From the NCBI GenBank assembly GCA_047651235.1, contig CP178758.1, forward strand, positions 1,770,001-1,802,000: a stretch of DNA of 32,000 bases, given 5' to 3'. The notes below the pieces were generated by a model. The model did not search any database and was not told the DNA's origin. It was given only the letters and a program-made list of their open reading frames with translations. The stretch comes from Candidatus Electrothrix yaqonensis. GTDB lineage: Bacteria; Desulfobacterota; Desulfobulbia; Desulfobulbales; Desulfobulbaceae. Every line of letters begins with the position of its first letter. Within the stretch, counting starts at the first letter, position 1. Positions 1-10,083 of the stretch are shown here, piece by piece. Made by a program: the position numbers and the translations under genes.

Positions 1-268
1 AATGTCAAATCTATAGACGCTGCAGGCTGGGGAGGTTCCGGACCGGGAGTTAGGCCCGGCCCACCATTATCTTTAATAAATGGGAGGAAGGGGTCAGGCT
101 TGTTTTCTTCTATTGTATAGTGAAATGTATCTATGTTCTGCAGCTCCTGTTTTCTTTCTGCTTCCCCGTTCAGTTCTGCCGATCTTGCTTCATCGGCAAA
201 TCCGATTCCATAACTGAGCAGGATCAGCATAGAGACTGTCTTGCGTAGATTGCAAAAAGAAGATTTCA
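1..268 (-). CDS. PilP-like secreted protein, N-terminal part (runs off the window; could be the first part of the pilQ-proximal gene)
   Basis: GTG at 268..266 lies 6 nt after an AGGAGCC Shine-Dalgarno sequence (274-280). It is read by eye as VKSSFCNLRKTVSMLILLSYGIGFADEA...KPDPFLPFIKDNGG..., a signal-peptide-like N-terminus. It shares the PDPFLPFIK motif with the upstream PilP ORF. It is not in the ORF track because it is truncated by the window edge. Confidence 0.5.
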
Positions 269-285
269 CTGAAGGCTCCTTTTTA

Positions 286-813
286 TTATTTATTATCGCC
301 CTCTTTCTTTAAACGCATGACAATCTCTTTTGTCATTGTCCTGCCTGTTTTCGTCTTATACGTTTCCGTAATTTCAACCTGTCCGCCTTCGATCCGTCTG
401 ATCTTCCCGTGCCTTCCTATCAGCATATTTTCATTCAGACGATACCCTTTTCCGGTAACATCCTCTGCCAAGGCTATTTTTTCGTTCCCTACAGACATTA
501 TCGCAACTAATTTCAGCTGTCCCGGTTCAAACAGCTGCATCCCCCGTAACGGTCTGTTGTTATCATCAACAATTTCATCGCCCTTCTCTACCTGTTGCGT
601 TGCATCTTTTTTAATAAACGGCAGAAAAGGATCAGGTCTGTTGGCAAACTGATACTCAAACGCCTCGATCTCGCCCGCTACCTGATCATTCCCTATTTCC
701 ATGCTGTCGTCGGCTTGGTTTTCCGTTGCCTGTACCAGTACCGATACACACAGCAATGCTGCTGCAAACAGAATTGACAGCAAGATTATCTTTTTTTTCG
801 CTCCGAACTCCAT
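286..813 (-). CDS. pilP: Type IV pilus assembly lipoprotein PilP
   Basis: 175 aa with a signal peptide (ILLSILFAAALLC). It has the RPDPFLPFIK motif and a C-terminal beta-domain pattern (LKLVAIMSVGNEKIALAEDVTGKGYRLNENMLIGRHGKIRRI). It sits after pilM-N-O. Confidence 0.8.
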   Translation of the reverse strand: MEFGAKKKIILLSILFAAALLCVSVLVQATENQADDSMEIGNDQVAGEIEAFEYQFANRPDPFLPFIKKDATQQVEKGDEIVDDNNRPLRGMQLFEPGQLKLVAIMSVGNEKIALAEDVTGKGYRLNENMLIGRHGKIRRIEGGQVEITETYKTKTGRTMTKEIVMRLKKEGDNK

Positions 814-938
814 TGCACAGTTCCTGTATCTTTACTGTCTTTTTCAGCTGTTGTAACACAACAATATTTTCTCAATACCCATCTCAGCCACCCTCGGTCC
901 CCATTCTCCCCTGTCAGGCGCAGCCGACCTTTTTCTAA

Positions 939-1586
939 CTATTTCTTCTTCTTTTTCTCTTTTTTATCGGGTGAAGCTGCCTGTTCACCAGTAAAACGGT
1001 AGGTCAGCATATTGCAGGAGGAACTCAGCAGCATTTCTCCTTCCTCTTCCTTGGGAGAACTCATTTTGATATTATCTACCGTGACAATTCTCTCCAGTTT
1101 ACTGACCTGATCCAGAAAGTACCCTACATTATGATACGGTCCGCGAATCTGGATGCTGATCGGAATTTCGGCATAAAAGTCCTTGGGTGTTTCATTTCCG
1201 GGTTTAAAGGTATCGAAGTCAAGACCTGCACTTGTGCCGCGATCCGAAATACTGCTAAGCAGATCAGGAATTTCTTTTTCTTCGGGAAGAACCTTCCTGA
1301 TTTTTTTAAATTTTTCTTCTGTCTCAGCAAGCTCCGCCTTGATTTTCGTTATATTCTTTGCTGCCTTTTCGGCCTTATTCACCTCAACCTGCAGATCGTT
1401 CTCTTTTCTCTCCAACTCTTCAATTTTTTTCATTTTCGGGGAAAAAAACGAAAAATAAAATGCAACAATCAACACGATAAGTATCACTGCAGCGATGGCA
1501 AGTTTGATCTTATCATCAAGCGGGATATACTTTTCCTCAATAAAGGTATCAAATTTTGATGCCGGTTTTTCTTTACCTTTAGCCAT
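939..1586 (-). CDS. pilO: Type IV pilus inner-membrane platform protein PilO
   Basis: 215 aa with one N-terminal TM helix and a coiled coil. It has the PilO-type C-terminus (IPDLLSSISDRGTSAGLDF...YHNVGYFLDQVSKLERIVTV). Its start is 2 nt after the pilN stop. Confidence 0.9.
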   Translation of the reverse strand: MAKGKEKPASKFDTFIEEKYIPLDDKIKLAIAAVILIVLIVAFYFSFFSPKMKKIEELERKENDLQVEVNKAEKAAKNITKIKAELAETEEKFKKIRKVLPEEKEIPDLLSSISDRGTSAGLDFDTFKPGNETPKDFYAEIPISIQIRGPYHNVGYFLDQVSKLERIVTVDNIKMSSPKEEEGEMLLSSSCNMLTYRFTGEQAASPDKKEKKKKK

Positions 1587-1588
1587 AG

Positions 1589-2173
1589 TTACTTGCCAGT
1601 TTCCTTGGAAGACTCTTCTTCAGCCGATCCGGGCAGACCGACCGAACAGGACAGGCTGAAGCTTTTAAGCTTTCTTCCCGCATAGTTGGTCTGTGAAGAG
1701 GATGCCAAAGTCACATCAGAAATATATTCCGACTCCTTCAGTTCCTCAAGATATTTTGCGATTGTCCGGTTGTCGAGAGCTATACCGTTCAGTTTCAAAT
1801 CGCTGCCCCCCTGATCAAGACTGGTCAGCCACATCCGTTCGTGAGGAGTAATGCTGGCGACCTCGTCAAGGAGACGCACAGTCAGCACGGATTCTTTTTT
1901 CAGCTTCTTGACGATGGCGATCTGTTTTTCAACAAGTGCCTTCTTTTCTTCCAGTTTTTTGATGTCCTTCAGCACATCCTCCAGTTCGTTTTTTCGTACG
2001 GTAAGAGTGGCTATATCCGCATCCAGCTTACTGACTTTACCAATCAGAAAGAGACTTAAAAGCACCAGAACGGCAACCACTGCAGCCAGCACAACACCAC
2101 CTGCAACAAGCTGCCTTGTGGCCCGTGCCTTTTTTTTCATCTGCCGGATCGGCAGGAGATTAATCCGGATCAT
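1589..2173 (-). CDS. pilN: Type IV pilus assembly protein PilN
   Basis: 194 aa with the canonical MIRINLLP N-terminus, then a TM helix and a coiled coil. It sits between pilM and pilO. Confidence 0.9.
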   Translation of the reverse strand: MIRINLLPIRQMKKKARATRQLVAGGVVLAAVVAVLVLLSLFLIGKVSKLDADIATLTVRKNELEDVLKDIKKLEEKKALVEKQIAIVKKLKKESVLTVRLLDEVASITPHERMWLTSLDQGGSDLKLNGIALDNRTIAKYLEELKESEYISDVTLASSSQTNYAGRKLKSFSLSCSVGLPGSAEEESSKETGK

Positions 2174-2183
2174 ATCGTATATC

Positions 2184-3260
2184 TTAAAATTCCGCAGGTC
2201 GAATCGCCAGCCCGGCTGCTATGGACATTTCCGGAGCTACGGTCTCTATATATTCCATATCAATTTTCTTCTTATTCACTTCCATCCCGTCAAAGGGATT
2301 GAAGGCAACCACTTCCAGTCCGGTCTCACTGGCAAGATATTCTCTCAGACCGCGAATCTTGGAACCGCCGCCGCTGAGTACAAGCGCTGCAAGAGGTTTT
2401 TTCGGGTTATTGTTGCTGTACAGATCAATAGCCTTTTTAATCTCCAGTACCCACCGGGTGCATATCCGCGTGTAGATTTCATGAAGCTCTTCCCTGTGTT
2501 CCTCATCAGCCTCCAGCTGGCCGATTTTGATCTGTTCTGCCATCTCATAATCTACATCAAGCCTGTTGGCAATCTCCTGGCTGAGATTATCGCTGCCCAT
2601 CAGCACATCCCGGGCCAGAACCGAAGCTCCTTGTGCAATAATATTGATGTTCATCTTGGAAGCACCTATATCGATCAGGCAGACATTTTTCTGCACTCCC
2701 GATATAGTAGTCCAGATATTTTCTAGAGCAAATCCGTCCACATCCACCAGAGCTGGCAGTAATTTCTGCTCCTCCAGCATAGCGCGGTAATCATCGACCA
2801 CTTCTTTTTTGGCAGCCACCAGCATTACCTCGCTGCGGTCGAATTCGTCCTCACCCCGTTTGAGCACCTGAAAATCAAGGTAGACTTCATTAATATCAAA
2901 AGGGATATACTGCTCCGCCTCTTCATGCAGCCGGTCTGCGAGTTCTTCCTCGCTTTCCATTTCAATATTAATTTTTTTAACAATAACCGAATAGCCGGAA
3001 ATAGAGAGTCCAACCCGTTCTCTGTTTTTTATTTTCAGATTTTTGCACAGCTCTGCAATAGCAGCGCCGACATTCTCCGCATCCTGCAGCACGCCGTCCT
3101 CCACAGCTCCGGGAGAGATGGCTGCACTGCCGAGAGCGATAAGCTGATACTTGCCTTTACCTGCCCGCTGAATCTGACAGACCTTAACGGCGTGGGAGCC
3201 TATATCAATCCCGACAACGAATTTTTCTTTCTTTGCCATGCTTTTTTTATTCTTTATCAA
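2184..3260 (-). CDS. pilM: Type IV pilus assembly ATPase-fold protein PilM
   Basis: 358 aa with an actin-like fold signature (VVGIDIGSHAVKV...LIDIGASKMNINI...VLSGGGSKIRGL). It is the first gene of the pilMNOP cluster. Confidence 0.95.
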   Translation of the reverse strand: MIKNKKSMAKKEKFVVGIDIGSHAVKVCQIQRAGKGKYQLIALGSAAISPGAVEDGVLQDAENVGAAIAELCKNLKIKNRERVGLSISGYSVIVKKINIEMESEEELADRLHEEAEQYIPFDINEVYLDFQVLKRGEDEFDRSEVMLVAAKKEVVDDYRAMLEEQKLLPALVDVDGFALENIWTTISGVQKNVCLIDIGASKMNINIIAQGASVLARDVLMGSDNLSQEIANRLDVDYEMAEQIKIGQLEADEEHREELHEIYTRICTRWVLEIKKAIDLYSNNNPKKPLAALVLSGGGSKIRGLREYLASETGLEVVAFNPFDGMEVNKKKIDMEYIETVAPEMSIAAGLAIRPAEF

Positions 3261-3659
3261 AAAAACTCGGAGCGAACGGAGCGAATCCCCCGCAAGCCTG
3301 CAGCATAGTATCCTATAGAGATTATCTATAATAGGTCATAAAAAAGCAGAAATGTCAAGAAAAGCATGCCCCGTTTCAGGAAATCAACCAACCGGCATAC
3401 CGGGAACGCTGCAGTCATAGCTCAAGCTCAGTCATAGGTATCGAGATCATTTTTGCCAGCCGCAACTTACCGAAAAAACGTTACTCAAACCCGGAAGACC
3501 AATATCCGCTGCTAATTGACACTTGAAGTTTATTTCTTTTTCGTATATTTGTCATTCTTTTAAAAAAATTTTTTACTGCTCACAGCCGAAAAAGATGGGC
3601 ACCATGCCCGCTTTTCCGCGTAACGTTCAACATCAGTAATCTACTACCAATAAAAATTC

Positions 3660-4373
3660 ATGAAAAACAAGCAGATCAAAACAGAGAGTCCTGTTGTTCC
3701 GGAAAAGACGGATAAATCAGAGAAGTCTGTTGCACCGGAAAAAACAGGGAAATCTGTTGTCCGGGAATATACGGAAGCCATCCTGATCGCTCTTTTCCTC
3801 GCCCTTTTTATCCGCACTTTTGTAATTCAGGCGTTCAAAATACCCTCCGGTTCCATGCTCCATACTCTGCTGATCGGTGACCATATTCTGGTGAGTAAAT
3901 TTATCTATGGTATAAGAAATCCATTTACCGGTTCTATCTTTGTCCCTATCAAGGAACCGAAACAGGGAGATATTGTGGTTTTCAAATATCCTGAAAATCC
4001 TGACATTGATTACATCAAAAGAGTGATAGCAACTGCCGGCGATACTATAGAAGTGCGTGACAAAAAAGTATTTATCAACGGCAATCCCATGGACGATCCG
4101 TATGGTGAATTTACAGAAAGCCGTATCCTTCCGGCATCGGAGAGTCCCCGGGACAATTTCGGTCCGGTTACCGTACCGGAGGAGCATATTTTTGTTATGG
4201 GAGACAATCGGGACAACTCCTATGACAGCAGGTTCTGGGGATTTGTCAATCTCAATGCTGTGCTCGGCAGGGCATTTATTCTGTACTGGTCCTGGGATGT
4301 CAAAAAACCGCTCTGTTCACCGGCACGGTTCACCTCCATCCGCTGGAGCAGAATCGGGAATATTCTCCACTGA
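3660..4373 (+). CDS. lepB: Signal peptidase I
   Basis: 237 aa with an N-terminal TM helix, the catalytic Ser box (IPSGSMLHTL), the Lys box (YIKRVIA) and GDNRDNSYDSRFWGFV. Confidence 0.95.
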   Translation: MKNKQIKTESPVVPEKTDKSEKSVAPEKTGKSVVREYTEAILIALFLALFIRTFVIQAFKIPSGSMLHTLLIGDHILVSKFIYGIRNPFTGSIFVPIKEPKQGDIVVFKYPENPDIDYIKRVIATAGDTIEVRDKKVFINGNPMDDPYGEFTESRILPASESPRDNFGPVTVPEEHIFVMGDNRDNSYDSRFWGFVNLNAVLGRAFILYWSWDVKKPLCSPARFTSIRWSRIGNILH

Positions 4374-4518
4374 CGATTGATTCGTATATATCGGATTTCA
4401 GCGTCCAGCGCAGCAATAATCAGACAGCAGGTTCGGAAAACGCATCTTTCGGGAGCAAATTATCAGGACGCTTCATGCAGGGTCTGCACCCTGATTCACC
4501 CCTGACAAATTTCATTCT

Positions 4519-5454
4519 ATGGCTACCGGTTATTTTTTTGCCCACCGACACATCCTCGACATAGATCATCTGTCGTCAGAGGATATCCACTATATTCTCG
4601 ATACAGCAGAATCCTTTAAAGAAATTTCAGCCCGCCCCATCAAAAAAGTCCCGACCCTCCGGGGAAATACGATCATCAATCTTTTTTTTGAACCCTCCAC
4701 CCGAACCCGTCTTTCCTTTGAAATCGCTGCCAAGCGGATGAGCGCGGATACCTTTAATATTTCCGCCTCCACCAGCTCGACTACAAAAGGAGAGACCCTC
4801 ATCGACACGGCCCGGAATATCTCGGCCATGCACCCTGATATTATTATCCTCCGTCATTCCTTTTCCGGTGCCCCGCACATGCTGAGCCGGTATGTCAATG
4901 CGGCAGTGATCAATGCGGGAGACGGCACCCATGAGCATCCTTCCCAAGGCCTGCTGGATATGATGACGGTCCGTGAGCACAAAGGGCGGCTGGACGGCCT
5001 GAAGATCGCCATTATCGGCGATATCGTGCACAGCAGAGTGGCCCATTCCGATATGCTCGGCTTTACCCGGATGGGATCGGAAGTTTATGTCTACGGCCCC
5101 GGAACGCTGCTGCCGCCCGGTCTGGAGCAGCTCGGTGTGACGGTCTGTTCGGATATGCAGGAGGCTGTGCAGGATGCGGATGTGGTCATGACTCTGCGCA
5201 TTCAGAAAGAACGGCAGAATGATCCTCTGCTGCCTTCCCTTCGGGAATACGCCGCACAATATGGGGTAACTGCCGAGGTGGCGTCCTGGGCGCGGCCGGA
5301 TGCACTGATCATGCATCCCGGCCCGATCAATCGGGGCGTCGAACTGATGCCTGATGTGGCGGATGGCCCGCAGTCCGTCATTCTGGATCAGGTAACCAAC
5401 GGCGTTGCCGTGCGCATGGCCCTGTTGTATCTGGTCACAGGAAACAGCCGATAG
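4519..5454 (+). CDS. pyrB: Aspartate carbamoyltransferase catalytic subunit
   Basis: 311 aa with the [13 protein letters not shown] carbamoyl-phosphate motif, HPSQGLLD and HPGPINRG. Confidence 0.95.
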   Translation: MATGYFFAHRHILDIDHLSSEDIHYILDTAESFKEISARPIKKVPTLRGNTIINLFFEPSTRTRLSFEIAAKRMSADTFNISASTSSTTKGETLIDTARNISAMHPDIIILRHSFSGAPHMLSRYVNAAVINAGDGTHEHPSQGLLDMMTVREHKGRLDGLKIAIIGDIVHSRVAHSDMLGFTRMGSEVYVYGPGTLLPPGLEQLGVTVCSDMQEAVQDADVVMTLRIQKERQNDPLLPSLREYAAQYGVTAEVASWARPDALIMHPGPINRGVELMPDVADGPQSVILDQVTNGVAVRMALLYLVTGNSR

Positions 5455-5495
5455 TCCCTGCAGAACCCTTTTTACGTCATCCCGGAGAACTGAAT

Positions 5496-6767
5496 ATGCC
5501 CCCTGCCCTGCTGATACAAAACGGCCGGATTATTGATCCGGCAAATAAAACTGATCGGACTGGCGACCTGCTGATTCTTGACGGCCGTATTGCAGATCCG
5601 GCTTCCGAAATGCCCGCTAACGTGCAAAAAATCGATGCGCACGGATGTTGGGTGGTGCCCGGTCTGATTGACATGCATGTGCATCTGCGGGACCCCGGTG
5701 AAGAATACAAAGAGGATATCTTCTCCGGCACCAAGGCGGCAGCCGCAGGCGGATTTACTGCAGTGGCCTGTATGCCCAACACAAAACCGGTGAATGACTG
5801 CCGGGCCGTCACGACTATGATCCTGGCACAGGCAGCCGGGGCCAATGCCCGTGTCTATCCTGTGGCTGCCATCAGCAAAGCCAGCAAAGGGGCCTCCCTG
5901 ACGGAATTCGGTGAACTGCGGCAAAGCGGCGCGGTTGCAGTCAGTGATGACGGCCTGCCAGTGCGCGACAGTCAGCTCATGCGGCGGGCGCTGGAATATG
6001 CCGATGATCACGATCTGCTGGTGATTTCGCACAGCGAGGAACCTTCACTGAGCAACGGGGTGATGAATGAGGGACCGGTCTCTACCCGGCTCGGTCTGCA
6101 GGGCATCCCGACTGCTGCTGAATCCATCATGGTGTATCGGGAAATCGCGCTGGCAGAATATCTCGGCAAACGGGTGCATATCGCCCATGTCAGCACAGCC
6201 ATGAGCACCGAGCTGATCCGCGCCGCCAAGGCCAGAGGCGTGCGGGTCACTGCCGAAACAGCACCGCATTATTTTACCCTCACGGACGAAGCCGTAGCCG
6301 GATACAACACCAATGCCAAGATGAATCCACCCCTGCGGTCCGAAGAAGATCGGCAGGCAATCCGGCAGGGCCTGGCCGACGGCACCTTTGATGCCATTGC
6401 CACGGATCATGCTCCGCACTCCGAGCTGGAAAAAGAGGTGGAGTTCGATAGGGCCATGAACGGCATTATCGGCCTGGAAACCTCCCTGCCGCTGGCCCTC
6501 GCCCTGGTCAGAGACGGCGTCATTGATGCGCAACGGCTAGTTGAGCTGATGTCGCTGAATCCGGCCCGCATCCTGAGGATTGACGGCGGAACCTTGAGCA
6601 CAGGCGCGGCAGCGGATGTCACGGTGATCGATCCTGATCCTGCTTTTACGTATACCGAGGATCAGGTGGTATCCAAAAGCCGCAATACCCCGTTTATCGG
6701 CAGCAAGCTGCAGGGCCGGGCAGTGCTCACCATTATGGAGGGCCGCATCACCCACCGCCTGATCTGA
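5496..6767 (+). CDS. pyrC: Dihydroorotase
   Basis: 423 aa with the [10 protein letters not shown] metal-binding motif, HVST and TDHAPH. It lies immediately downstream of pyrB. Confidence 0.95.
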   Translation: MPPALLIQNGRIIDPANKTDRTGDLLILDGRIADPASEMPANVQKIDAHGCWVVPGLIDMHVHLRDPGEEYKEDIFSGTKAAAAGGFTAVACMPNTKPVNDCRAVTTMILAQAAGANARVYPVAAISKASKGASLTEFGELRQSGAVAVSDDGLPVRDSQLMRRALEYADDHDLLVISHSEEPSLSNGVMNEGPVSTRLGLQGIPTAAESIMVYREIALAEYLGKRVHIAHVSTAMSTELIRAAKARGVRVTAETAPHYFTLTDEAVAGYNTNAKMNPPLRSEEDRQAIRQGLADGTFDAIATDHAPHSELEKEVEFDRAMNGIIGLETSLPLALALVRDGVIDAQRLVELMSLNPARILRIDGGTLSTGAAADVTVIDPDPAFTYTEDQVVSKSRNTPFIGSKLQGRAVLTIMEGRITHRLI

Positions 6768-7612
6768 CAGACCGCCTCAAAAGTCGGGTCTATAATGAGC
6801 GGGTAGGTAAGCATATATCCTATACTGAAATAACTTCCTGGTATAACAAAAAGTACAAAGCCGATGCCGATAATAATCGTCTGGAGGATCGCGGCAATAA
6901 TGAGCGGCTTTGCATTGGCGAACCCGTCAAAAATCATGGAAGAGCTGATGGTTTCATCCTCGGCCCGCCGTACGCCCATCATCATTAGGCCGCCGGTAAA
7001 AAGCACAGTCAGCGCCATGATAATAAGTTGTATGCCTATCTGGGCGGCAATAAATAGCCCGGTATAATTTTCACCATTAATGTTCAGCACGTACAATACC
7101 CCTCCGCAGATGCCATGCAGGAGGCGGGAAATGATATTCATAATAAAAAAAGCACTGAATATAGCCCCTTTGGATCCCTTGACCTTTGACCAGGCTTCCG
7201 AGAGCATCTCTCCTATCTGAAAATCATAATGACCGGCTATTCCTGCCTCCAGTCCCCCGGAATCGCTCTCAACCGCTTCTTTTCCGAGCTTCTGCAGCAT
7301 AGTCGGCCTGCATGCCGCGCAGATAAGTTGCCCTTTCAGCTCAATCAACTCATCTTCAGGAAAATCATTGCCGCAGCTTGGACATGATGCGTTTTTTTTC
7401 GACTGTTCAGACTGCTCCGCATTTGCCCGATCTGTTCCGGTCCGGCTTGTTTTGGGGGGCAGGGAGGAAGAAACGGCAGGGCCTGCTGTCTGTACAGCAT
7501 CCTCCTCTGTTACTCTAAAACTTTGACCGCACTTGGGGCATTTCAGTTTCCTGCCGATAAATTTATCGGCAATCGAACCTGTGACGCCGCAATGGGGGCA
7601 GATCATCTTCAT
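6662..7612 (-). CDS. Zinc-ribbon (MJ0042-type) membrane protein with a DUF975-like polytopic C-terminal domain
   Basis: 316 aa. The N-terminus [30 protein letters not shown] has CxxC-N17-CxxC, and a second CPSCG...CAAC ribbon follows. After that there are 4-5 hydrophobic helices. The last ~35 codons overlap the pyrC 3-prime end in antisense. Confidence 0.6.
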   Translation of the reverse strand: MKMICPHCGVTGSIADKFIGRKLKCPKCGQSFRVTEEDAVQTAGPAVSSSLPPKTSRTGTDRANAEQSEQSKKNASCPSCGNDFPEDELIELKGQLICAACRPTMLQKLGKEAVESDSGGLEAGIAGHYDFQIGEMLSEAWSKVKGSKGAIFSAFFIMNIISRLLHGICGGVLYVLNINGENYTGLFIAAQIGIQLIIMALTVLFTGGLMMMGVRRAEDETISSSMIFDGFANAKPLIIAAILQTIIIGIGFVLFVIPGSYFSIGYMLTYPLIIDPTFEAVCQIRRWVMRPSIMVSTARPCSLLPINGVLRLLDTT

Positions 7613-7779
7613 GATTATATCCTGTTATTTGAACGGGTTGCCTTATAAAAAAATCTGGCTGCAAAATACTGATATTATATAGGATAATAGACCGTATTTC
7701 GGAACGGAAAGGACAATATGATCCCATGTGTAAATGAACTGACTTTATATGCCTGGCCGGGCGGGATGCCGGTACATTT

Positions 7780-9510
7780 TCAGTCGGAAACTGTCGTCTT
7801 TTGCTCCGGTGCCTGATCTGCCGGAGCTGCCTGATGCAGAGTAATCTGGGTGAACGGAATGCCCCAGCCGTATTGAGTGCAGGCATCGACTGCGGTCCGC
7901 TGGAGGAATCGGGAGATGGCAAAATAGTTCGATGCCTGACTGCCGGGAAATTTCATGAAAATAAGGATATTCAGCGATGAGGCTGCAGCTTCCTTGAACT
8001 CCACCAGCAGATCGATCAGATCAGGGCCGTATTCCTTCTGCTTCAGAGCCTCAGCAATATAGTCATACAGGAACTTGGGAATGGTCCGGGTGACTTCCGA
8101 CTGACAGTCGTAATCAATGCCGAAGTTGGCGAACACGGCAAAGGTATTGGTGGAATAGTTGATCGGATTGAGCCCGATAAAGGTCTGAGTCGGATACGTT
8201 TTCAGGCAGCCGCCTCGGGTGTCCAGAACGACCTGCTCCGGGGTCTGCAGGGATATTGTGCCGATAGCGCCGTCGGCCAGCTCGACCAGGTCACCGGTTT
8301 TGGTGGGGAACCACGGCTCATCCACGTAAAACGGACGCGACTGCAGGCCGATAAGCGAGGACAGGGGCAGGCGCAGCATGCCGCCTCTAAGATCCGGGTT
8401 ATGGAGCCGGGTATAGAGGTTCAGGGCCATGACCCGCCAGGGAAGTCCCTGATAGACGACCCGTTCTCCCTCGCGCACTGTGCTCAGATTAAGCAGGATT
8501 TTGGCCTGTTCCCAGAAACGGGGCAGGGTCTGCTTGCCGGTCCAGGCGATACCGAAGAAAAACAGAAAGGCCAGGCCGAGCAGAACCCAGTCGCCGGAAA
8601 GATACAGGACCAGGATAAACGCAGCTGCTGCAATCAGGAATGTAAGCAAATAATAGATGATCACTGCCAGGCGCAGGAAAAACGAACGGTGCTCACCCAG
8701 CCGGCCCAGGCGGGTTTTTCTGTGAGCAAGCCGGTGAGTATAGCGCATCAGGAGAAAAACCACGAAAAAGGCGAGAAAGGCAAGGGCCAGATTCATCCCC
8801 CGGCTTTTGAAAAACTCCCGGAAGACAGCCTGGATCGAATCGAGAACCGAGACCTTGGTCTGTTCTCTTTCGGTCAGCTGCTGCTGCACTGCGGCCAGAC
8901 GGCTTTTCAATTCATCATGCCGTTGCTGCCAGGAAGTGAGCAGGGCCTTCAGCTCCTGCTTCACCGGATCGGAATCGGCCGCCTCAAGGTACTGCTGGAT
9001 ATTTTTAACCGCGTTCTCTGTGAGCGCAATACGCTTCTCATAAACAGCAACCTGCTTGCGCAACGCTTCCAGCTCACGGGGGCGGGCCGTCATTTTTTTC
9101 ATTTCATCGAGAATCGGGCTGAGCAGCTCCTGCACTTCCTTCTGCCAGTCAACACTCTCGGTGGTCACGGAAAACTGGGCCGGATCCACACCGGAAACAA
9201 TGCTTTCAAAGTCACTGTCCAATGCCTGAATGCGGGCATTCAGCTCCTGGATTTTTCCCCGGGCCGTCTCCTGCTCATCTTCGGTCTTGGCCCGTTTCAG
9301 CGCGGTATTTTTGTCAGCCAGTTCTTTCTTCAGCGCCTGCTTTGAAAGAATAATCTGCTTCAGGGTATCGTTTTCGGTTGCAGAAATCGGCATGACCTGC
9401 GCCGAAGCCGGAGCGGTAAAGCAGGCCGACCCTGTGCAGAAAAAACAGAGCATGCAACAGAACGCCGGAAAAATACGAAAAAAACGGAAGTTGCTGACAG
9501 TGCGTTTCAT
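7780..9510 (-). CDS. Mechanosensitive ion channel family protein (MscS/MscK-like) with a long periplasmic coiled-coil N-domain
   Basis: I chose the start at ATG 9510, reading MKRTVSNFRFFRIFPAFCCMLCFFCTGSA...ASAQ, which is a signal peptide. Further evidence is a coiled coil, TM helices and an MscS beta-domain pattern (REGERVVYQGLPWRVMALNLYTRL...). The tracked 637-aa ORF start at 9693 would overlap ruvC. Confidence 0.8.
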   Translation of the reverse strand: MKRTVSNFRFFRIFPAFCCMLCFFCTGSACFTAPASAQVMPISATENDTLKQIILSKQALKKELADKNTALKRAKTEDEQETARGKIQELNARIQALDSDFESIVSGVDPAQFSVTTESVDWQKEVQELLSPILDEMKKMTARPRELEALRKQVAVYEKRIALTENAVKNIQQYLEAADSDPVKQELKALLTSWQQRHDELKSRLAAVQQQLTEREQTKVSVLDSIQAVFREFFKSRGMNLALAFLAFFVVFLLMRYTHRLAHRKTRLGRLGEHRSFFLRLAVIIYYLLTFLIAAAAFILVLYLSGDWVLLGLAFLFFFGIAWTGKQTLPRFWEQAKILLNLSTVREGERVVYQGLPWRVMALNLYTRLHNPDLRGGMLRLPLSSLIGLQSRPFYVDEPWFPTKTGDLVELADGAIGTISLQTPEQVVLDTRGGCLKTYPTQTFIGLNPINYSTNTFAVFANFGIDYDCQSEVTRTIPKFLYDYIAEALKQKEYGPDLIDLLVEFKEAAASSLNILIFMKFPGSQASNYFAISRFLQRTAVDACTQYGWGIPFTQITLHQAAPADQAPEQKTTVSD

Positions 9511-9559
9511 TCGACAGCCTATTAGAATGTTTAGGGAAAAAATGACAGTGCGCGGGAAA

Positions 9560-10033
9560 CTATAGCCGATCAATATGATTAGCGTGACAGATGGCCACAG
9601 CCAAGGCATCGGCGGCATCGCTGCTCGGTGTGCCGCTGAGACCGAGCAGGGTGCATACCATGTGCTGGACCTGCCCTTTCTCCGCTTGTCCATACCCGGC
9701 CACAGCCTGCTTGACCTTGCGGGGAGTATAATCGTACACAGGCAGACCCTGCTGCATGACCGCTGTTACAGCCGCGCCTCTGGCCTGCCCCAGTTTCAGG
9801 GCGGAGCGCACATTATGGGCGGAAAACAGATCCTCCACAGCCGCGACCTCCGGTCGGTGCTGCTTCAAGACCTTGGCAAGCCCCTGAAAGATCACCAGCA
9901 GGCGGCGGGAAAAATCAGTTTCTTTATCCGTGCGGATGGTGCCGCAGGTGACAAAGCCGAGCCCCGGCCCCTGTTTGTCAATAATTCCGTAGCCGGTGAT
10001 CCGGGAGCCGGGATCAATGCCGATGATTCGTAC
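9560..10033 (-). CDS. ruvC: Holliday junction resolvase RuvC (start codon unresolved)
   Basis: Read by eye as VRIIGIDPGSRITGYGIIDK...AAVEDLF...DAADALAVAICHA, a full RuvC with its catalytic D/E/D/D context. There is no ATG, GTG or TTG between the in-frame TGA (just upstream, inside the yebC 3-prime end) and the catalytic GIDPG. The first canonical start is a GTG 44 codons in, which is the 111-aa track ORF. Confidence 0.85.
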   Translation of the reverse strand, partial: VRIIGIDPGSRITGYGIIDKQGPGLGFVTCGTIRTDKETDFSRRLLVIFQGLAKVLKQHRPEVAAVEDLFSAHNVRSALKLGQARGAAVTAVMQQGLPVYDYTPRKVKQAVAGYGQAEKGQVQHMVCTLLGLSGTPSSDAADALAVAICHANHIDRL

Positions 10034-10050
10034 CGGCCCGGCTCGCCGGA

Positions 10051-10074
10051 ATGACGTGGAGCATGACGTGGAGC
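10051..10074. repeat. Perfect 12-bp tandem duplication (ATGACGTGGAGC x2) in the yebC-ruvC spacer
   Basis: Direct reading: ggaATGACGTGGAGCATGACGTGGAGCggaagc. Confidence 0.9.
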
Positions 10075-10083
10075 GGAAGCCGC

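Noticed and set aside
3261-3659. 400-bp divergent pilM/lepB intergenic region with a TTGACA hexamer (about 3519).
   Set aside because: The spacing to the nearest -10-like TATATT is about 22 nt, so no confident promoter call is possible.
8401-9345. 314-aa plus-strand ORF, and similar long antisense ORFs at 10129-10830, 4627-5316, 5472-6032, 6045-6533, 1851-2726, 22582-23241, 25786-26457 and 31122-31670.
   Set aside because: Each lies entirely antisense to a gene with strong family motifs and has a low-complexity or Arg/Gly/Pro-biased translation. These are shadow ORFs.
9511-9693. N-terminal 61 codons of the tracked 637-aa ORF (start at 9693).
   Set aside because: This extension overlaps the ruvC 3-prime end and reads as non-protein-like sequence. 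The internal ATG at 9510 gives a clean signal peptide (MKRTVSNFRFF...ASAQ).
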